From positions 1-59,637 of the IMG/VR virus record IMGVR_UViG_3300047562_002733: 59,637 nucleotides of DNA; one strand, given 5' to 3'. Shown piece by piece: positions 56,382 to 59,637 of the stretch. Position numbers and translations under genes: made by a program. The notes under the pieces were generated by a model. The model searched no databases. It was not told the origin of the DNA and worked only from the letters and a program-made list of their open reading frames with translations. This DNA comes from a virus. Its lineage: Duplodnaviria > Caudoviricetes. Each line of letters starts with the position of its first letter. Position 1 is the first letter of the stretch.

Positions 56382-56987
56382 ATGCAAATCACTCACGGCA
56401 GCATCTTGGCCATCTTTTTTATGGCCAGCGAAGCAGAAAAAGAGGAAGGAAGGGATTGGTATCCCCGTGCCAATCGCATCTCAATCAGCATCGCTAACAG
56501 CTACGTTCTGCCGCATCTTTCCCATACCGCTGCAGGCGTGCTGGCAGCCCTTAGCCCTAACAATAAGTGGGACAGAAACGTCCGTGATGCTGAAGCCTTG
56601 ATTAAGGCTTTTTATGCTGGCGCTGATCCTGACACCATTAAAGTTTCAACCTTCGGGAAGAACAAAAAGAAGGCGGTTCAAATACTGAAAGGCGATCACC
56701 CGCTTAATGTGCTTGGCGGGCTTAAGGTTCGCGCCTTTTATCGGTGCATTATTGGTGCCGACGCCGTTTGTATTGACGGCCATGCCTACAGCATTTGGAC
56801 CGGCCAGCGTGTCCCTACCACCAAAACGCCTAGTATCAGCGAAAAATTGTACAACAAAATCGCTGGAGACTACCGCCTAGCAGCAACGCAAATTAGCGAG
56901 ATTACCGGCGAGCAATACACTGCCGCCGAGGTTCAGGCGATCACCTGGGTTGTTTGGCGTAACATGCACGCAAAGGTGGCAGGCTGA
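56382..56987 (+). CDS. Conserved phage protein, possible HhH DNA-glycosylase-like fold
   Basis: G.DWY, GVLAALSPNNKWDRN, GLKVRAFY, VCIDGHA, QAITWVVWR; TGCTATACT upstream. Confidence 0.55.
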   Translation: MQITHGSILAIFFMASEAEKEEGRDWYPRANRISISIANSYVLPHLSHTAAGVLAALSPNNKWDRNVRDAEALIKAFYAGADPDTIKVSTFGKNKKKAVQILKGDHPLNVLGGLKVRAFYRCIIGADAVCIDGHAYSIWTGQRVPTTKTPSISEKLYNKIAGDYRLAATQISEITGEQYTAAEVQAITWVVWRNMHAKVAG

Positions 56988-57289
56988 TGTGGTGGGCGTA
57001 TGATCCTGAAGGCGAACTAAAGGCACTGCCCCCTGGTCCGCTATTGCTGCCAGCATTGATGATAAGCGCGGTTGCGTTTATCTTTTCATCTGTATTTACA
57101 GATGAGCAATCGCTGGAATCTTTTGCTGCTGTTGCTACTTCACCTAGGTACAAAAGGGATCTTGATAGATACCTAGCTTTGGCCAGTAAATCTGCAGATG
57201 CAGAACAGACCTTGAGTGATTCTGAGTTCTACGAACTAAGAGCACTTACCGAACGGGTTTACAACGACAAAAACCGCTTCATCCCCTAG
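56987..57289 (+). CDS. Hypothetical membrane protein
   Basis: Coupled ORF with one TM segment. Confidence 0.55.
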   Translation: MWWAYDPEGELKALPPGPLLLPALMISAVAFIFSSVFTDEQSLESFAAVATSPRYKRDLDRYLALASKSADAEQTLSDSEFYELRALTERVYNDKNRFIP

Positions 57290-57355
57290 ACAGGCGGGCG
57301 CCCATCGGCTACACTCAGATCACCGGGGCACACCCCGACCCACAGGAGCAAATCC

Positions 57356-57721
57356 ATGTTTGAGAATCACAAGGCTTACAAGGCTGACACCGGCATCGGC
57401 AAGCGGCTCGCCCGTGTGCAAGAACTGATGACCACCATCGAAACCCTGGAGCGGGAGCTTGACGAGCAAAAGGCCTATTTGCTCGGCCATGCTATCCGTA
57501 GCGAACTGCATTCTATGCAGTTTGAGCATATGAAGGCAACAGTTTGCGAGACAACCCGCTGGATTTACAGCGATTCTGTCAAGCAATCAGAGAAGCGCCT
57601 AAAGGCAAAGAAGGCCCGCGAGCAGGAAGATGGCACTGCAATCGGCACAAAGAGTCAACATATTCGCGTAACCTTCAGCGCAAAGGGCATCCTGGCCGAA
57701 CAAGCAAAAGCGGAGGCGTGA
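57356..57721 (+). CDS. Hypothetical coiled-coil protein
   Basis: GGAGCAAATCC-ATG leader; W.YSD.VK..E. Confidence 0.65.
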   Translation: MFENHKAYKADTGIGKRLARVQELMTTIETLERELDEQKAYLLGHAIRSELHSMQFEHMKATVCETTRWIYSDSVKQSEKRLKAKKAREQEDGTAIGTKSQHIRVTFSAKGILAEQAKAEA

Positions 57722-57873
57722 TGACATTCTCTGTCTTCAAATTAGACGAAGAGGGCTATGAGTTGACCCTCGCGAGCAGGCTGCAAACGCAAGAACAGGC
57801 CGAAATTATGGTAGACGACCTGTCAGAGAAGTGGCCTCACGCCTATATCGACTACAAGGAAGACAACCGGTAG
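57721..57873 (+). CDS. Small acidic hypothetical protein
   Basis: MTFSVFKLDEEGYELTL...KWPHAYIDY; TGATG-coupled. Confidence 0.6.
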   Translation: MTFSVFKLDEEGYELTLASRLQTQEQAEIMVDDLSEKWPHAYIDYKEDNR

Positions 57874-57879
57874 CAAATT

Positions 57880-57902
57880 GGGGCCATTCAGGCCCCTTTT
57901 TT
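57880..57902 (+). terminator. Rho-independent terminator
   Basis: GGGGCC-ATTCA-GGCCCC followed by a T-tract. Confidence 0.8.
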
Positions 57903-58595
57903 ATGCTTACATCGAAAAAAATCGTGACCGTGAGCAGGGCGGAGCCGCTGTTCACGATCGCGCCCACGCCGGGGCACCCGATCCGGGTTCGCGATCACGG
58001 GGGAGCGGGGGAAACGGGGTATATAATAGTATTCCGAAAGCGGCTTAGGGATACGAGGTTAGGAGGTTGTGAGTATTTTTGCTTAAGATAATCGTGAGTT
58101 ATAAGTTTCGAGCCAACAGAGGAGGGGAGAAATTTGTGCGGCAGTGTGTTATAAGCCTGGCGGCGCCATTTCCGGTCCGCGATATACGTTATATATAGGT
58201 ACTTTAGTCGAAGGCTGCCAGGACGAACACTTATACCTTATCGCCTAGTCGGTCCGCGATCTGGCATGACGTGTGTATATAGACTGCCATGTCAGATCGA
58301 CGACGGGCTTCAGTAAGCTACCCCTAGCCCGAGAATGCTATACCTTATATATAGGTACAAAAAACCGCCGACAGGGCAATGATGACCTTCGGCGGCATCT
58401 TCTGCCCCTAGAATGGGCTGATGGCTAAGAAGTATGCCGCCAGGATAGACCCCATTAACAGGAAGCAGATAGCCGGCCAGGGGTCGTAGGGGTCGTATAT
58501 TTCTATCGTAATGTTAAGAATTGCTAACAAAACAAGGGCTGAAGTTAGTGCGCTTACGAAATTCATCTTTTTTGGTATACTTTTTTTAGATGCAC

Positions 58596-58838
58596 TTAGT
58601 CCTGCTCTGGTATCTCATACGGAGGGTGACTCATCTGCTCATCGTAGTCATCTTCCTCCTCTAAAATCTCGATAATTTCGGTCAGGAAGTAGGTAATATT
58701 ACTCAATTTGTGCATTAAATAAAGACATTGGAATACTAATACCCATACCCCCAACTCCCCCAAAGAAACACCAAAACCGAGAACGCTAAAACTGGTTGAC
58801 ACCACAGCAAACCCCAGAAACAACAAGGACCCCAACAT
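58596..58838 (-). CDS. Hypothetical membrane protein
   Basis: Two hydrophobic segments, acidic tail. Confidence 0.45.
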   Translation of the reverse strand: MLGSLLFLGFAVVSTSFSVLGFGVSLGELGVWVLVFQCLYLMHKLSNITYFLTEIIEILEEEDDYDEQMSHPPYEIPEQD

Positions 58839-58878
58839 ATAACGCTATCGTTATACCGACATACCAGGAGCCTCCATC

Positions 58879-59037
58879 ATGACCGACATCAGGATTGCGA
58901 TCGACGTATTCATCACGATGATGTTCGTAGAAGTGATCATAAAGCCGACAGCAATCATCCTAGGGAAATGGTTATTGCGCAAGGCAGACAAGAGGGTGAA
59001 ATGGATCCCGGACTGGCTGTATTCAAGCACTAATTAA
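58879..59037 (+). CDS. Small membrane protein
   Basis: Manual ORF MTDIRIAIDVFITMMFVEVIIKPTAIILGKWLLRKADKRVKWIPDWLYSSTN with GGAG RBS. Confidence 0.5.
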   Translation: MTDIRIAIDVFITMMFVEVIIKPTAIILGKWLLRKADKRVKWIPDWLYSSTN

Positions 59038-59200
59038 ACTCAAAGGAGGCCCAGGTTCCGCACCAATCGGAGCAGGAAACGACCGGCCAACCATCGTGTC
59101 GGTCCTTGGGTTCAGCGTGACATTCAAGAGAATCACTGCGTGCAACGACGTAGTAACAGTTAGCGCAGTTCTGCTCTTTTTTCGGGAGATAGTTTACCAT
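59030..59200 (-). CDS. Small Cys-rich protein
   Basis: CANCYY...CH..P...WP.V...DWCG. Confidence 0.55.
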   Translation of the reverse strand: MVNYLPKKEQNCANCYYVVARSDSLECHAEPKDRHDGWPVVSCSDWCGTWASFEFN

Positions 59201-59201
59201 T

Positions 59202-59531
59202 TCACGAACGCTTGTTAACAACATCAATCATACGCTGCCTGGCGGCGGCACGGACTTCTTTTTCTTGAATCGTCATCAAGGATTCCAGCCTTGATGCCGC
59301 GACCTCAGGGTCACCTTTACGAATGCAATCAGCAGGCGACCGAAGGTCGCGGAGCTTCCAGACCAGGAGATAACCAGGCGCTCCACCACCGGCCCCCAGG
59401 TCAGTGAAACGGAGCAAATCACCATTACGAGCGACGGCCTTCAGGGCAACCCGGCGATCAGTGGTGTACAGCTCAACGGTCTGGTCGTGGTAGTCCCACA
59501 CCAGGGTCGATTCACGAAATTCAGCCATCAA
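59202..59531 (-). CDS. Hypothetical protein
   Basis: 109 aa ORF; RESTL.WD...V.LYT. Confidence 0.55.
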   Translation of the reverse strand: MMAEFRESTLVWDYHDQTVELYTTDRRVALKAVARNGDLLRFTDLGAGGGAPGYLLVWKLRDLRSPADCIRKGDPEVAASRLESLMTIQEKEVRAAARQRMIDVVNKRS

Positions 59532-59637
59532 TCAACAACCCAACCACCACCATCATAACGCCATACCCCCACAACATGGCATTTTTCCCAATAAATCACC
59601 ACCAGCAACACCATCCCAACCCCCCTCAGGTACATCG

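Larger units (their letters stand above)
55875..57958 (+). repeat. Cassette-boundary hairpin repeats, family C (3 copies with diverged core)
   Basis: Same CGTGARC...GTTCACG arms with different cores at ~55875, 56239, 57923. Confidence 0.85.

Noticed and set aside
48791-57958. CRISPR array
   Set aside because: Repeat length fits, but the intervals are ~190-1950 bp, variable, and contain whole genes; no cas genes are present.
48791-57958. Canonical integron attC sites or integron integrase
   Set aside because: Repeats are shorter than typical attC sites and lack RYYYAAC/GTTRRRY boxes; no tyrosine recombinase is in the window. Kept only as an analogy.
1-59637. tRNA/rRNA genes, introns or inteins
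   Set aside because: No cloverleaf or rRNA-like segment recognised by eye; nrdB, terL, dnaG and thyX look uninterrupted. A tRNAscan-SE/Infernal run would be needed to exclude them.

Overview
A ~60 kb segment of a tailed dsDNA phage genome, most likely a siphovirus of picocyanobacteria (NblA-like gene, long tape measure protein, two sigma factors). Left part (minus strand): nucleotide metabolism, recombination and packaging genes (nrdA partial, nrdB, glutaredoxin, primase, SigF-like and RpoD-like sigma factors, TerL/TerS, dNMP kinase, thyX, RecE-like nuclease, RusA, SSB, Sak3-like annealase). Next: an iteron-bearing candidate origin with a plus-strand initiator and DnaB helicase. Centre (minus strand): lysis genes, mosaic tail-fibre/accessory genes, capsid and scaffold, tail tip, tape measure, tail tube and a frameshifted tail chaperone, many preceded by a GGHANNCTA motif. 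The most striking feature is 48.8-58.0 kb: about 20 co-oriented ~36-43 bp hairpin repeats (13-bp inverted arms around an asymmetric core) that divide the region into mostly single-gene units in either orientation. The repeat sequence drifts stepwise along the array. This looks like an integron-like or PeSL-like gene-cassette system, but no site-specific recombinase is visible in the window. No portal, DNA polymerase, integrase, tRNA or CRISPR array was recognised. All product calls come from motif recognition by eye, not database searches.
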